A DNA stretch of 64,000 nucleotides, taken from NCBI GenBank assembly GCA_963787125.1, contig CAWBBV010000001.1, forward strand, positions 416,001-480,000, written 5' to 3'. How positions within the stretch are numbered: position 1 is the stretch's first letter; every line of letters starts with the position of its first letter. Positions 1 to 10,500 of the stretch are shown piece by piece. A model generated the notes under the pieces. That model was not told the DNA's origin, did not search any database, and was given only the letters and a program-made list of their open reading frames with translations. Both the position numbers and the translations under genes were made by a program. The DNA is from an uncultured delta proteobacterium. Lineage in GTDB: Bacteria > Desulfobacterota > Desulfuromonadia > Geobacterales > DSM-12255.

Positions 1-832
1 AACACACAGCGTTGTCTGGATCATCGGAGTTGGCGGCATCGTCACCGGCCGGCGCAGACTGCTGAGCTATTTCAGTGAGCGAAACAGGGCTGAAAAAGAG
101 AAGCTGGCGCTGGAGTTGCGTCTACAGCAGGGGCAGAAACTGGAAAGCCTGGGTGTATTGGCCGGCGGGATCGCCCATGATTTTAACAACATCCTGGCAA
201 CGATCATCGGCCACTGCGGTATTTTGCAGCTCAGGCCGGAAAAGGTTGCGAAATGTGTCCCGGAGATCGAGAGCGCTGCCGAGCGTGCCGCGGCACTCTG
301 CCGTCAGATGCTGGCCTATGCCGGCAAGAGCCAAACTGTTATGTCCCGGTTCGATATGACAATTCTGGTGGCTGAGATGGTTGCAATGCTGAAAGCGACC
401 ACCCCGCAGAATGTGGTCATTAACACAAATCTTGCGACTGATGTTTTGCTGGTTAAAGGCGATAGTGAACAGTTCAGGCAGATTATCATCAATCTGCTCA
501 CGAATGCTGCCGAGGCGATCGGTGCAGCAGAGGGAGAGATACGGGTATCACTGACAAAAACAGAAATAATGGCAGGAGATTTGGTTAAGGATCATCTTGG
601 CAGGATCATTCCGGCGGGTAGCTATGCCTGTCTTGAGGTAACTGACACCGGCTGCGGCATGGATGCTGAAACCAGCAGCAGGATTTTCGAACCATTTTAC
701 ACCACCAGGTTTTTTGGCCGCGGCCTGGGGTTGCCCGCGACTCTCGGCATCATTACCGCCCATAAGGGGGCGGTGCAGCTACACAGTCAGCCGGGACAGG
801 GAACGACGGTCAAGGTCTTTCTGCCCGTATAG
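1..832 (+). CDS. Membrane-bound sensor histidine kinase, 5'-truncated by the window edge (HisKA + HATPase)
   Basis: Frame is open from nt 2 (THSVVWIIGVGGI, hydrophobic). H-box AGGIAHDFNNIL, N-box NLLTNA, G-boxes DTGCGM and GRGLGL. Confidence 0.9.
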   Translation, partial: THSVVWIIGVGGIVTGRRRLLSYFSERNRAEKEKLALELRLQQGQKLESLGVLAGGIAHDFNNILATIIGHCGILQLRPEKVAKCVPEIESAAERAAALCRQMLAYAGKSQTVMSRFDMTILVAEMVAMLKATTPQNVVINTNLATDVLLVKGDSEQFRQIIINLLTNAAEAIGAAEGEIRVSLTKTEIMAGDLVKDHLGRIIPAGSYACLEVTDTGCGMDAETSSRIFEPFYTTRFFGRGLGLPATLGIITAHKGAVQLHSQPGQGTTVKVFLPV

Positions 833-854
833 ACCAGTAAACGCCCGCCGTGAT

Positions 855-2438
855 TCAGCCTGCCAATACCGCTCTGATTTTTATCGCCAGATCGCTGATG
901 GAGCACGGTTTCTGGATAAATTGCACCCCTTCTTCCAGCACCCCATGATGGGCGATGACGTCGGCTGTATAGCCTGAGGTGAAAAGGCACTTCATCGCCG
1001 CTCTGGTTGGTCTCAGCTTCTCAGCCAGCGTTCTGCCGTTCATCCCCGGCATCACCACATCAGTTATCAGCAGGTGTATCTCGCCGGGGTGCTCAGCGCA
1101 AAGGTGGATCGCTTTGTCCGGGGAGTCGGCTGCCAGCACCTGATACTCGAGCATTTCCAGAATCTCACAGGTCATCTGTAACAGCGACGGTTCGTCCTCC
1201 ACCAGTAGAACTGTCTCACCACAGCTTTTTGGGACCGCTCTTGAAGCTGTTTCCTCTGCGGCGGGAACCTGCCCCGGATGCCGCGGCAGGTAAATTCTGA
1301 AGGTTGTCCCCTGTCCCGGCTCGCTGTAGACATTGATGAAGCCGTTGTTCTGCTTGACGATGCCGTACACCGTGGCAAGTCCGAGGCCAGTACCTTGTCC
1401 AACCTCTTTAGTGGTAAAGAACGGTTCAAAAATCTTTTCCTGTGTCTCCTTGTCCATGCCACAGCCGGAATCGCTTATGGCAAGCATTACATACTCTCCC
1501 GGAACAAGTTCAGCATGCTTTGCGCAGTCAGCCTCGTTAAAAACAGTATTACCTGTCTCGATAATGAGTTTGCCGACATCAGGAATGGCATCGCGGGCGT
1601 TGACACAGAGATTGGCAAGGATCTGATCTTCCTGGGAAGGATCCAGCTTGACCGGCCAGAGGCCCGCTCCGGGCAGCCAGGTGAGCTCGATGTTTTCACC
1701 GATCAGACGCCGGAGGATTTTCAGCATCGCTTCCACGGTCTCGTTCAGATCAAGTACCTTGGGGACAACTGTCTGTTTTCTGGCAAAAGCCAGCAACTGT
1801 CTGGTGATGCCGGCTGCCCGTTCGGCAGCGTTACTTATGCCGCGCAGCTCTTTTTGCAGCGGGTGATCCGGCGCAATTTTCCGCGTGGCCAGATCGACAT
1901 TCCCCAGAATCACTCCAAGCATATTATTGAAGTCGTGGGCCACACCACCGGCAAGCCGGCCGATTGATTCCATCTTTTGCGCCTGAATAAGCTTGGCTTC
2001 GAGCAAGGCCTTCTCTTCCTCTGCCAACCGGTGTGCAGTCCGCTCCTTGACTTCACTGAGCGCCCGCTCAATCACCATCGAAAGCTTGTCGAGCCGCTCC
2101 TTGGGGAGGTAGTCAGTCGCCCCCTCTTTCAGGAGCTGCACCGCTTTTTCTTCACCAATAGCGCCGGAAACACAGATGAACGGTACTCCGGGGCAGAGCG
2201 ACTTCGTCAGCCGCAGCGCCTCCGTACCCTCGATACCGGGAAGGTGGAAGTCGGCAAGAACCAGGTCGTAGCCGCCGCTATGCAAAAATGCGGTAAACTG
2301 CTGCTCGTTGGCAGCCCAGTCAAGCTGGCAAGAAAAGCCGGCGTCGGTCAGCCGCTCCCTGATAATTTCCGCGTCAAGCGGTGAATCTTCAAGATGCAGA
2401 ATCTTCAGCGAGTTGAGGGCGTCAGTTTCAGCGATCAT
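855..2438 (-). CDS. Hybrid response regulator/histidine kinase (REC-HisKA-HATPase-REC)
   Basis: N-terminal REC (LHLEDSPLD...LADF), [15 protein letters not shown]-terminal REC (LLVEDE...ITDVVMP). ATG at 2438 overlaps the upstream stop. Confidence 0.93.
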   Translation of the reverse strand: MIAETDALNSLKILHLEDSPLDAEIIRERLTDAGFSCQLDWAANEQQFTAFLHSGGYDLVLADFHLPGIEGTEALRLTKSLCPGVPFICVSGAIGEEKAVQLLKEGATDYLPKERLDKLSMVIERALSEVKERTAHRLAEEEKALLEAKLIQAQKMESIGRLAGGVAHDFNNMLGVILGNVDLATRKIAPDHPLQKELRGISNAAERAAGITRQLLAFARKQTVVPKVLDLNETVEAMLKILRRLIGENIELTWLPGAGLWPVKLDPSQEDQILANLCVNARDAIPDVGKLIIETGNTVFNEADCAKHAELVPGEYVMLAISDSGCGMDKETQEKIFEPFFTTKEVGQGTGLGLATVYGIVKQNNGFINVYSEPGQGTTFRIYLPRHPGQVPAAEETASRAVPKSCGETVLLVEDEPSLLQMTCEILEMLEYQVLAADSPDKAIHLCAEHPGEIHLLITDVVMPGMNGRTLAEKLRPTRAAMKCLFTSGYTADVIAHHGVLEEGVQFIQKPCSISDLAIKIRAVLAG

Positions 2439-2886
2439 GCGTTGAACCCCCTTGTGGCGGCAGTTCATTCAGCACGGCCCAGAAAACGCCGACATGCCTC
2501 ACCGCCTCGACAAATTCCGAGAATTTGACCGGTTTGACCACATAGGCATTGACCCCCAGATCGTAACTGCGGATCAGATCATGCTCTTCCCGTGAAGAAG
2601 TCAGCATCACCACCGGGATCATTTTCAGCGTTTCATCAGTACGAATTGCCCGCAGAACATCGATGCCGTCCATGCGCGGCATTTTGATGTCCAGAATCAC
2701 CACTGCCGGGTTGCCGGGCTTGCGTCCGCTGTATTTCCCTTCGCAGCGCAGATACTCCATCGCCTCCACGCCGTCCTTGACGTGGGTGACCAGATTGGCC
2801 AGGTTGTTATCGGCCAGGGCCTCCAGAGTCAGTTCGACATCACTGGGGTTGTCTTCTGCAAACAGAATCGGTTTCAGTTCAGTCAT
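2428..2886 (-). CDS. Single-domain response regulator (Rcp1-like)
   Basis: [31 protein letters not shown] motif. Confidence 0.93.
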   Translation of the reverse strand: MTELKPILFAEDNPSDVELTLEALADNNLANLVTHVKDGVEAMEYLRCEGKYSGRKPGNPAVVILDIKMPRMDGIDVLRAIRTDETLKMIPVVMLTSSREEHDLIRSYDLGVNAYVVKPVKFSEFVEAVRHVGVFWAVLNELPPQGGSTHDR

Positions 2887-5800
2887 GGTTTTCTCCTTGT
2901 ATTTTAGGCAATGTGAAGTAAAAACTGGCCCCGCGGTTCAGTTCGGCCTCAGCCCAGATCCGGCCACCATGACGGGCAACGATCCGCTGGACGGTGGCCA
3001 GACCGATACCGGTCCCCTCAAATTCTTCCAGTGTGTGCAGCCGCTGAAAGACGCCAAAGAGTTTGTCGACGTACTTCATATCAAAGCCGACGCCGTTATC
3101 GGCAACGGTGAAGACAATTTCACCGTTCTCCTCGCGGGCGCTGACCTCAATGCGGGCAGACTCTTTTGTCCGGGTATATTTAACCGCATTATCCAGAAGG
3201 TTGACCCAGACCTGGCGAAGCAGGGCGTAATCGCCCCGGACAGACGGCAACTCCCCGATGACCCATTCGATGGCGCGATCTGAATGACTCGCTTTTAGCG
3301 GCGTCAGCACTTCCTGCAGTGACTGGTTCATGTCCAGAGCTTGCCGCCGCATTTCCGCCCGTCCGGTGCGGGAAAACTGCAGCAGGTCGTCAATCAGCAC
3401 CCCCATCTGGCGAGCGGCAGAAGCAATGGTGTCCAGATAGTGCAGCCCTTTATCGCTGAGACCGGCGCGGCAGCGGGAAATCAGCAGCTCCACATAACCG
3501 TCAATATGCCGCAAGGGGGCGCGCAGATCGTGGGAGACGGAGTAGCAAAACGCTTCCAGCTCCTTGTTGGCAGTTTCCAGCTGACCTGTTCGCTCGATAA
3601 CCCGTTTTTCCAGTTCGGCGTTCAAACGGTGGATTTCTGTCTCGGCTTTTTTCCGTTCGCTAATTTCTGCCTTGAGTGATTCGTTGGCAACTTCCAGCTC
3701 TTCCGTTCGCTCTTTTACCCGATGCTCCACCTCGTCATAGGCTTTTTGCAATTCTCCCTGGGTGCGCTCCAGCTTCTCCTTCTCCCGTTGCAGTTCAGTG
3801 TTGACCAGTTGCAGCTGCTGAGGACTGGGGATAGAGAGGAGCCTGGGGAGTACGGGCCAGACAACGATTGCTGTTGCCAGTGAAACCAGGGCAGTGAGAG
3901 TGTCTACGGCTGCCTGCCACCAGTCAACCGGCCACCAGAGACCGACCACATGGACAAGATGGGTCGTACCGCAGGCAAGAATGAAAAGTCCGAAGAGGAC
4001 AATAATCCAGGAAAACGGCAGGTCTTTCCGTTTTCTGACAAACACCACCAGGAAAAAGGGGATGGTCGCGTAGGAGACGGCGATCAAAGCATTGGCAATG
4101 GCCATGGTCATCATCAGAAGCGGGGGCATGGTACCGGCCTTTGCTCCCTGGATTTCCATGGTGCCCGGCATGAAGACCATCGGCGCTATAATGAGAATAG
4201 CCAGAGCGGCTGCCGGGGCGATGACTCTCGGCACAAGTTCCAGCGTTTGCCTTAAAAGAGATTTGGGCGGGGCAAAGGTCTGCACTTTGTAAGCCCGTAA
4301 GCGGAGGCTGTTGGTCACCACGAAAATCGAGCTGAACGCCATGGCTCCGGCAGCGAACATCGGGATGAGCAGGCCATAGGCAGCAACCGGGATGAGGGCA
4401 ATGTTGTAGAACAGGGCCCAGATCAGATTCTGGACAATGGTCTGGGATGTTGCCCGGGAGAGTGAAATAGCCCGGCCGACGCCGGCGAGATCACCGCTGA
4501 TAAGGGTGATGCCGGCAGCGGCCATGGCTATGTCGGTACCGGTGCCGATGGCAATGCCGACATCAGCCTGAGCCAGTGCCGGAGCATCATTGATGCCGTC
4601 ACCGACCATCGCCACGGTAGGCCGGGCAAAATTGCCAAGGCTGCTCACAGCCTGTAACTGTTTTATCGCTTCGGCTTTTTCGCCGGGCAATACTTCGGCC
4701 ACGACCCGGGTTATCCCGACCTGAGCGGCGATCGCGTCAGCAGTGCTCTGGTTGTCACCGGTCAGCATGACAATGTCGAGACCAAGTTGGCGTAGATCGG
4801 CAATTGCTTCCCTGGCGCCCGGTTTCACCGTGTCTGCAACTGCGATCAACCCTATCGGCCTGGCAGGTTCATTGCCCTCCACCCGGCTGACGGCGACGAT
4901 CATGGCGGTCTTGCCTTCGGCTTGCAGTCTCATGATGTCAGTCTGCAGCTTATCTACAGCGATCCCTTCATTTTGCATCATCCGCGGATTGCCGATGATC
5001 ACGGCTGTATCCGCCACTATCGCCCTGATGCCAAAACCGCCGAAAGCACGGAACTGTTCCGGAGAGCCAAGCGCCAAACCCTTATCCTGTCCGGCCTTGA
5101 CGATGCAGCGCCCTAATGGATGTTCCGAGCCAAGTTCAGCGCTGGCCGCCAGGCGGAGAACTTCGTCGGCAGGCAGATCATGGGTAGGGATAATATCGGT
5201 AAGAGCCGGTTCTCCCCGGGTGATGGTGCCGGTTTTATCAAATACAACGATATTGACGCGGCCGGCCCGTTCGAGGATTTCGCTGCTTTTGAAGAGAATC
5301 CCGCTTTGAGCCCCTCTGGAGGTGCCGACCATGATGGCAGTCGGTGTTGCCAGGCCGATGGCGCAGGGGCAGGCGATAACGAGAACCGCAATGGCATTTA
5401 TCATCGCACCGGTCCAGGGGATATGGACGACATAAAGCCAGCCGAAGAAGGTAGCCAGGGCAATAGCGATGATGATCGGCACGAAATATTTGCCGATTTC
5501 GTCGGTCAGCTTCTGGATAGGTGCTTTGCTCCCCTGGGCTTCCTGCACCAGTTTTGCTATCTGTGCCAGGGTACTGTTCTTGCCGACCTTGGTGGCTTCG
5601 AATCTGATCAAGCCTTCGCGGTTGATCGTAGCGCCGATGACTTCATCGCCGGGACCTTTGCTGACAGGCATCGACTCACCGGTGATCATTGCTTCATCAA
5701 AGGCCGAGCGGCCTTCACTGATGATGCCGTCAACAGGGACTTTTTCGCCGGGGCGGACGACCACGCTATCGCCGACCAGAACCTGTTCAACGCTGATCAC

Positions 5801-6715
5801 AGTTTCAACGCCGTTCCGCACTACGCAGGCTGTCTTGGCGCGCAGTCCCATCAACGCCTTCAAGGCCGCCGATGTTTTACCTTTAGCGCGGGTTTCCAGG
5901 TATTTGCCGAGCTTGATGAGAGTGATGATGGCCGCGCCGGTTTCGTAATAAACATTGGGACTGCTGATGATGCCGATGGTAACGAGCAGGCTGGAAAAAT
6001 AGGCGGCCGAAGAGCCCATGGCGATGAGCACATCCATGTTGGCACTACCGAAACGGAGGCTCTTCCAGGCGCCGACGTAAAATTGCCAGCCGACGATAAA
6101 TTGGACGACAGTCGCCGCCAGGAGCATGATAACTTGATCGTATTTAAAAGCGACGCTGATAAAGTCCCGCGCCATGCTGAAGATGATGAGCGGTATCGTA
6201 AAAATGAGCCCGATTATCAGTAAACGCCCCTGTTTTTCCAGTTCGGCGGCGCGCAGTTGAGCTTCTACGTCTTCTACCTCTTCGGATTCACCCGCCTGGA
6301 CAAGATCAAAGCCGGCGCTGCGGATGATTGCGGCCAGTTCGGCAACCGAGGTCACGCCGGGGATATACTCAAGCGCTGCCCGCTCGACACCGTAGCTGAC
6401 AGTGGCGACAAGGACTCCGTTTTGCTTGGCCAGGAGTTTTTCCAGCGTCAAGGCATCGGTATGATCCTGTAACCCGGTAATCGGCAGAGTTATCTTGCCG
6501 GTGGCAACGGCATAGCCGATCTTTTTGACATGGGCAATGATATCGGTTTCGCTCAGCTGGAGCGGGTCAAAACTGATATTCAGTTTTTCACTGGCAAAAT
6601 CGACACTCGCGTCGCTAATACCCGGCAATTTACGCAGATTAGACTCGATTCTCAGGGCGCAGTTGGCACAGGTCATGCCGGTAACAGGCATGGTGGTGCT
6701 CTCGGAAGGGGTCAT
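2879..6715 (-). CDS. Fusion: Cu(I)-translocating P1B-type ATPase + ethylene-receptor (ETR1-type) membrane sensor domain + histidine kinase
   Basis: ATPase: GMTCANC, TGES, CPC(449-451), DKTGT(D493), SEHP, GDGIND, YN, MAFSS. Sensor: [12 protein letters not shown]...FILACGTTH...TALVSLATA. Kinase: [11 protein letters not shown](H1062), NLLDNA, DNGVGF, GTGIGL. One uninterrupted ORF with RBS GAGG. Confidence 0.92.
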   Translation of the reverse strand: MTPSESTTMPVTGMTCANCALRIESNLRKLPGISDASVDFASEKLNISFDPLQLSETDIIAHVKKIGYAVATGKITLPITGLQDHTDALTLEKLLAKQNGVLVATVSYGVERAALEYIPGVTSVAELAAIIRSAGFDLVQAGESEEVEDVEAQLRAAELEKQGRLLIIGLIFTIPLIIFSMARDFISVAFKYDQVIMLLAATVVQFIVGWQFYVGAWKSLRFGSANMDVLIAMGSSAAYFSSLLVTIGIISSPNVYYETGAAIITLIKLGKYLETRAKGKTSAALKALMGLRAKTACVVRNGVETVISVEQVLVGDSVVVRPGEKVPVDGIISEGRSAFDEAMITGESMPVSKGPGDEVIGATINREGLIRFEATKVGKNSTLAQIAKLVQEAQGSKAPIQKLTDEIGKYFVPIIIAIALATFFGWLYVVHIPWTGAMINAIAVLVIACPCAIGLATPTAIMVGTSRGAQSGILFKSSEILERAGRVNIVVFDKTGTITRGEPALTDIIPTHDLPADEVLRLAASAELGSEHPLGRCIVKAGQDKGLALGSPEQFRAFGGFGIRAIVADTAVIIGNPRMMQNEGIAVDKLQTDIMRLQAEGKTAMIVAVSRVEGNEPARPIGLIAVADTVKPGAREAIADLRQLGLDIVMLTGDNQSTADAIAAQVGITRVVAEVLPGEKAEAIKQLQAVSSLGNFARPTVAMVGDGINDAPALAQADVGIAIGTGTDIAMAAAGITLISGDLAGVGRAISLSRATSQTIVQNLIWALFYNIALIPVAAYGLLIPMFAAGAMAFSSIFVVTNSLRLRAYKVQTFAPPKSLLRQTLELVPRVIAPAAALAILIIAPMVFMPGTMEIQGAKAGTMPPLLMMTMAIANALIAVSYATIPFFLVVFVRKRKDLPFSWIIVLFGLFILACGTTHLVHVVGLWWPVDWWQAAVDTLTALVSLATAIVVWPVLPRLLSIPSPQQLQLVNTELQREKEKLERTQGELQKAYDEVEHRVKERTEELEVANESLKAEISERKKAETEIHRLNAELEKRVIERTGQLETANKELEAFCYSVSHDLRAPLRHIDGYVELLISRCRAGLSDKGLHYLDTIASAARQMGVLIDDLLQFSRTGRAEMRRQALDMNQSLQEVLTPLKASHSDRAIEWVIGELPSVRGDYALLRQVWVNLLDNAVKYTRTKESARIEVSAREENGEIVFTVADNGVGFDMKYVDKLFGVFQRLHTLEEFEGTGIGLATVQRIVARHGGRIWAEAELNRGASFYFTLPKIQGENHD

Positions 6716-6752
6716 TCTTACCTCTTGAAATTTCTATGGTGCAGCAAATTAT

Positions 6753-8864
6753 TTAAGCCGTCAGGTGAACTGCGTCACTCCCCAGCAACTCATGCACCTT
6801 GGTCGCCAGAGCCTGTAACGTGTAAGGTTTCTGAATGAAATGCACCCCTGTATCCAGCACGCCATTGTGGGCGATTATGTCGGCCGTATATCCCGACATG
6901 AACAGACATTTCATTTCAGGCCTGAGCGGGCGGATTTTTTCGGCCAGATCCCGACCGTTCATGCCCGGCATCACCACGTCGGTCATCAGCAGGTGAATCA
7001 CCCCCGGATGTTCTGTTGCAATCCGGAGTGCCTCGAACGGGCTGTTTGCGGGTAGTACTACATAGTTATTAAATTCCAGAATCTCCCTGGTCATTTCCAG
7101 GAGTGTCGGCTCATCCTCAACTAAAAGCACAATCTCGCCGTGTCCCATGGCGGCTTCTGCTGCAGCCGGTTCCAAGAGCGTTGCGCCATGGACAGTATGC
7201 CTGGGCAGATAGATGTTGAACGTCGTTCCCTGTCCCGGCTCGCTATAGACATTTATAAAGCCTTTGTTCTGCTTGACGGCGCCATAAACCGTGGCGAGTC
7301 CCAGGCCGGTTCCCTTGCCGGTCTCCTTGGTAGTAAAAAATGGTTCGAAGATATGGGCCAGTGTTTCCCTGTCCATACCGTAGCCGTTGTCGCCGACAGT
7401 CAGCCGCACATACTCTCCGGGGACAAAGTCCGGGTCCTGGGGGGTGTAAAACTGGTCGAAGCTGCTGTTGCCGGTTTCAATGATAATCTTGCCGACGCCG
7501 GAGATCGCATCCCTGGCATTAACACAGAGATTGGCAAGGATCTGATCGATCTGGGACGGATCTGCCATCACCGGCCAGAGCTTTGCGGCCGGCTGCCAAC
7601 TGAGTTGAATGTCTTCGCCGATAAGTCGCTGCAGCATTTTGAGTGTGCTTGCTACCGCGTCATTCAGATCGAGATTTTTCGGGACAATGGTTTGTTTGCG
7701 GGCAAAGGCCAGCAGTTGCCGGGTGAGGTCGGCGGAGTGTCTGGCGGCGGTGCGGATTTCTTCCAGGTCAGCACGCAGAGGCTGGGACGGCTCCAGCTTC
7801 ATTAGCGCCAGATCAGCACGGCCTATAATGACAGTCAGCATGTTGTTGAAGTCATGGGCAACTCCGCCTGCCAATCGACCCACTGATTCCATTTTCTGCG
7901 CCTGCAGCAGCTGGGATTCGAGTTTAGTCCTCTCCTCCTCGGCACGTTTGCGTGCGGTGATATCCTGGATGAAAGCCACTATCTGTCCGTTTTCATCTGA
8001 GCGGTACTGGGCGCTGACTTCGACGTCAAAAACGGTGCCATCCTTGCGGCGCTGCCGCGATTCAAAGCGATCCGCTCCCCGTTCCCTGACTAAGCGGATG
8101 TGAGCAGCTGTTCCTTCGGGCGACTCTTCAATTTCGATATCACTGATACTCATGGACAACAGCTCTGCCATGCTGTAGCCGCTCATCCGGCAATAGGTCA
8201 TATTGACCTCGATAAAGTGCCCCTGGGTGTCTACCAGCCAGATTCCATCCATGGCTGTCTGCAGGATAGTCCGGTGGTGTTCTTCGCTCTTGCGAAGTTC
8301 AGCGGTACGCTCCTCCACCCGCTGCTCCAGTTTCTGCGACTGTTGCTCAATCTGCCGAAAGGCGAGCGAGTTTTTGAGCGCCAGGGTGATCGGCGGGGCA
8401 AGCAGAGTGATGATCCGGTCTGTTTCGCCAATCCGCTCCAATTCCGGCAGATCGAAGAGTAGCAGCATGCCGACCAGTTCACCACCCACCCGCAACGGAT
8501 AGCGTGCCATTGACTTGATGCCGGCCCGCAACAGCTGGCTACGCAAAGGATGATTCAGAGTCAGCTCTTCCGGATAAAACGGTAGCGCTTCGGGACTTGT
8601 TTCAGGACAAAACGTATTCAGTTCAAGTGGGGAAAAGAGCGTGGCTCGCCTTGCCGGGCTGACATTCAACAGTTCGTCTGTTTCAGTTTCTGCGTGGTGG
8701 GCAATAACCATAACTGTTCTGGCTCCGGTCAGTTCGCGCAGATGTTCTGTCAACGCCACGCCCAGTTCATACGGTGAGGTGGAAACCAGCAGTTGCGAGA
8801 TCACCTCGATGGCCATCAACTGGGCAGCAGGTGAGAACTTCTGTTCGTTTTCAAATGCTTTCAT
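6753..8864 (-). CDS. Hybrid sensor histidine kinase (GAF-like, PAS, HisKA, HATPase, REC)
   Basis: N-terminal GAF-like fold ([15 protein letters not shown]), PAS ([10 protein letters not shown]...RRKDGT), AHDFNNML, C-terminal REC. ATG at 8864 forms an ATGA overlap with the DUF1638 stop. Confidence 0.9.
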   Translation of the reverse strand: MKAFENEQKFSPAAQLMAIEVISQLLVSTSPYELGVALTEHLRELTGARTVMVIAHHAETETDELLNVSPARRATLFSPLELNTFCPETSPEALPFYPEELTLNHPLRSQLLRAGIKSMARYPLRVGGELVGMLLLFDLPELERIGETDRIITLLAPPITLALKNSLAFRQIEQQSQKLEQRVEERTAELRKSEEHHRTILQTAMDGIWLVDTQGHFIEVNMTYCRMSGYSMAELLSMSISDIEIEESPEGTAAHIRLVRERGADRFESRQRRKDGTVFDVEVSAQYRSDENGQIVAFIQDITARKRAEEERTKLESQLLQAQKMESVGRLAGGVAHDFNNMLTVIIGRADLALMKLEPSQPLRADLEEIRTAARHSADLTRQLLAFARKQTIVPKNLDLNDAVASTLKMLQRLIGEDIQLSWQPAAKLWPVMADPSQIDQILANLCVNARDAISGVGKIIIETGNSSFDQFYTPQDPDFVPGEYVRLTVGDNGYGMDRETLAHIFEPFFTTKETGKGTGLGLATVYGAVKQNKGFINVYSEPGQGTTFNIYLPRHTVHGATLLEPAAAEAAMGHGEIVLLVEDEPTLLEMTREILEFNNYVVLPANSPFEALRIATEHPGVIHLLMTDVVMPGMNGRDLAEKIRPLRPEMKCLFMSGYTADIIAHNGVLDTGVHFIQKPYTLQALATKVHELLGSDAVHLTA

Positions 8865-9469
8865 GGCGTCTCCCCGGCAACCCTGCAAAATTTTGCCTCG
8901 GCTCGGGCTGCCAGCAGTGCTGTCAGCATACTGTCCAGTGTTACCGTTTCAACCCGCCAGGGGAGCCCGCTGTAGGTCGAAAATTCTGTCAGCTGCAGTT
9001 CAGGAACCGGCAGCAGGCCGGTATCAAGATATACCAGCACCCTCCGGTTTTCTCCCATGAGCCCCTGCGCAACCTCTTTGTTCAGCCCCAGTTCGCTCTT
9101 CATGATATATTCCCAGCGCCGGGCCCATTCCGGCAGAACCAGAAAGGCCTCTTCACGCATCAGTTGGCGATAGCGATCCCGTCCCAGCAGCAGCTGCGCA
9201 CAGTTGATAACATTGACCCGACCCACCTGAAAACGGCGCACCAGGTCGAGCATCCGGGCGGTGCAATCGCCATAGACGAGCACCAGGCAGCCGGTCTCGT
9301 CAGTTCTCTCAGTAAGCGCTGTGTGCAGCTTCGCTTCGAGTTTCGGGGGGTCCATATGCAGCATAGAGTCGAGAAAAAGCAGTTTGCCGCCGATAAGCCG
9401 GCGGCGGTGCAGCTCCTCCATCTCTGCCCGTACTACGCCGCAACTGAGCCAGACAGTACGCTCCGTCAC
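8861..9469 (-). CDS. DUF1638-family protein
   Basis: SCGVVRAE, LDSMLHMDPPKL, VYGDC, NCAQLLLG pattern. GTG at 9469 forms a GTGA overlap with the upstream stop. Confidence 0.75.
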   Translation of the reverse strand: MTERTVWLSCGVVRAEMEELHRRRLIGGKLLFLDSMLHMDPPKLEAKLHTALTERTDETGCLVLVYGDCTARMLDLVRRFQVGRVNVINCAQLLLGRDRYRQLMREEAFLVLPEWARRWEYIMKSELGLNKEVAQGLMGENRRVLVYLDTGLLPVPELQLTEFSTYSGLPWRVETVTLDSMLTALLAARAEAKFCRVAGETP

Positions 9470-10500
9470 TTCCCGCACCCCATCTCCCCGGAATAGTCGG
9501 CAGCGGCAGCCTGCATGGCGCGCAGATTTCCGGGTGGCGTTGCCTGTGGCATATCGGCGCCTGCATTGGCCAGAATGTAGTGCCCGGAAGGCGCAGCCGT
9601 CCGCAGGCATGCCATGCTCAGCGCATACACCTGTTCGGGAGTGGCCGTCGGCATGGTCAGATTGTCCAGGTTGCCGATAATGGTCAGGTCAGGCCCAAGT
9701 AACTGTCTGGCTTCGGCCAGATCATCCTTTGAACCGGCAATAATCCCGACCAGGCCGTCTGTTCCGGGGAGCAGGTCAAGGACGTGATTCATGCGGCCGC
9801 CGGTGCTGCTGATGACTTTGGGGCCATTTATCCGGGTAAAAACAGCCTGGAGGTGCGGCAGGAACTGATCGACAAAGATGCTGCGCGGGGCTACTGCCGA
9901 CGTTGCCATCCCTTCGGTAATGACCAGGCAGTCGGCGCCCGCGTCAAGCAGGGCATTAGCCCAGGCGATTAAAAATGGCGACGTATACTCCAGCAGGCTC
10001 TGAGCCAGCTCTTTATCAAAGAGGACCGCTTCCATCCACTGTTCAATGCCGACAAGCAGAGACGGGAGAATGCCGGGTCCGGGAAGAACGCTGATGATCG
10101 GCGCTTGCCCCTTGTACAGCTCCGCCAGCTGCCGGTTTGTCTCAAGTATCATGGGCAGACGACCGGTGCATAGGATATCCGGAAGCGGTAATGAAAGGGC
10201 GTCAACAGCCTTTCTCGCTGCCGGTCGTTTCATGTTGGGAACCTGATCAGCAGACCAGGCCACCTCGCCCCCAAACGCTTCCGCAATGGCGCTGTAGTCA
10301 AAAGCAGTCATCACCAGATCAAAGCCGAACTCCTTTTGGAGCGCTTTTTGACCGGCCACGTAGGCGGTTGCATCGCTGTACAGAGTCCGCAAATCGGTGT
10401 TTGTCAGCTTGCCACCGTAAGCGCCGAGAACGGCAAAGACCGGCAACCTGTCAACCGGTTGCCCGGAAAGAGTATTCATGACCCGTTGATATGAATTCAT
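9466..10500 (-). CDS. UroD/MtaA-CmuA family methyltransferase-fold protein
   Basis: PVDRLPV start, AEAFGGEV, IIGNLD, TPPGNLRAM end. Adjacent to a corrinoid protein; no HemE RQAGR motif. Confidence 0.85.
   Translation of the reverse strand: MNSYQRVMNTLSGQPVDRLPVFAVLGAYGGKLTNTDLRTLYSDATAYVAGQKALQKEFGFDLVMTAFDYSAIAEAFGGEVAWSADQVPNMKRPAARKAVDALSLPLPDILCTGRLPMILETNRQLAELYKGQAPIISVLPGPGILPSLLVGIEQWMEAVLFDKELAQSLLEYTSPFLIAWANALLDAGADCLVITEGMATSAVAPRSIFVDQFLPHLQAVFTRINGPKVISSTGGRMNHVLDLLPGTDGLVGIIAGSKDDLAEARQLLGPDLTIIGNLDNLTMPTATPEQVYALSMACLRTAAPSGHYILANAGADMPQATPPGNLRAMQAAAADYSGEMGCGK

Noticed and set aside
9470..9610. N-terminal extension of the DUF1638 ORF in the ORF track
   Set aside because: Overlaps the upstream gene by 145 nt; GTG at 9469 in a GTGA overlap fits better.
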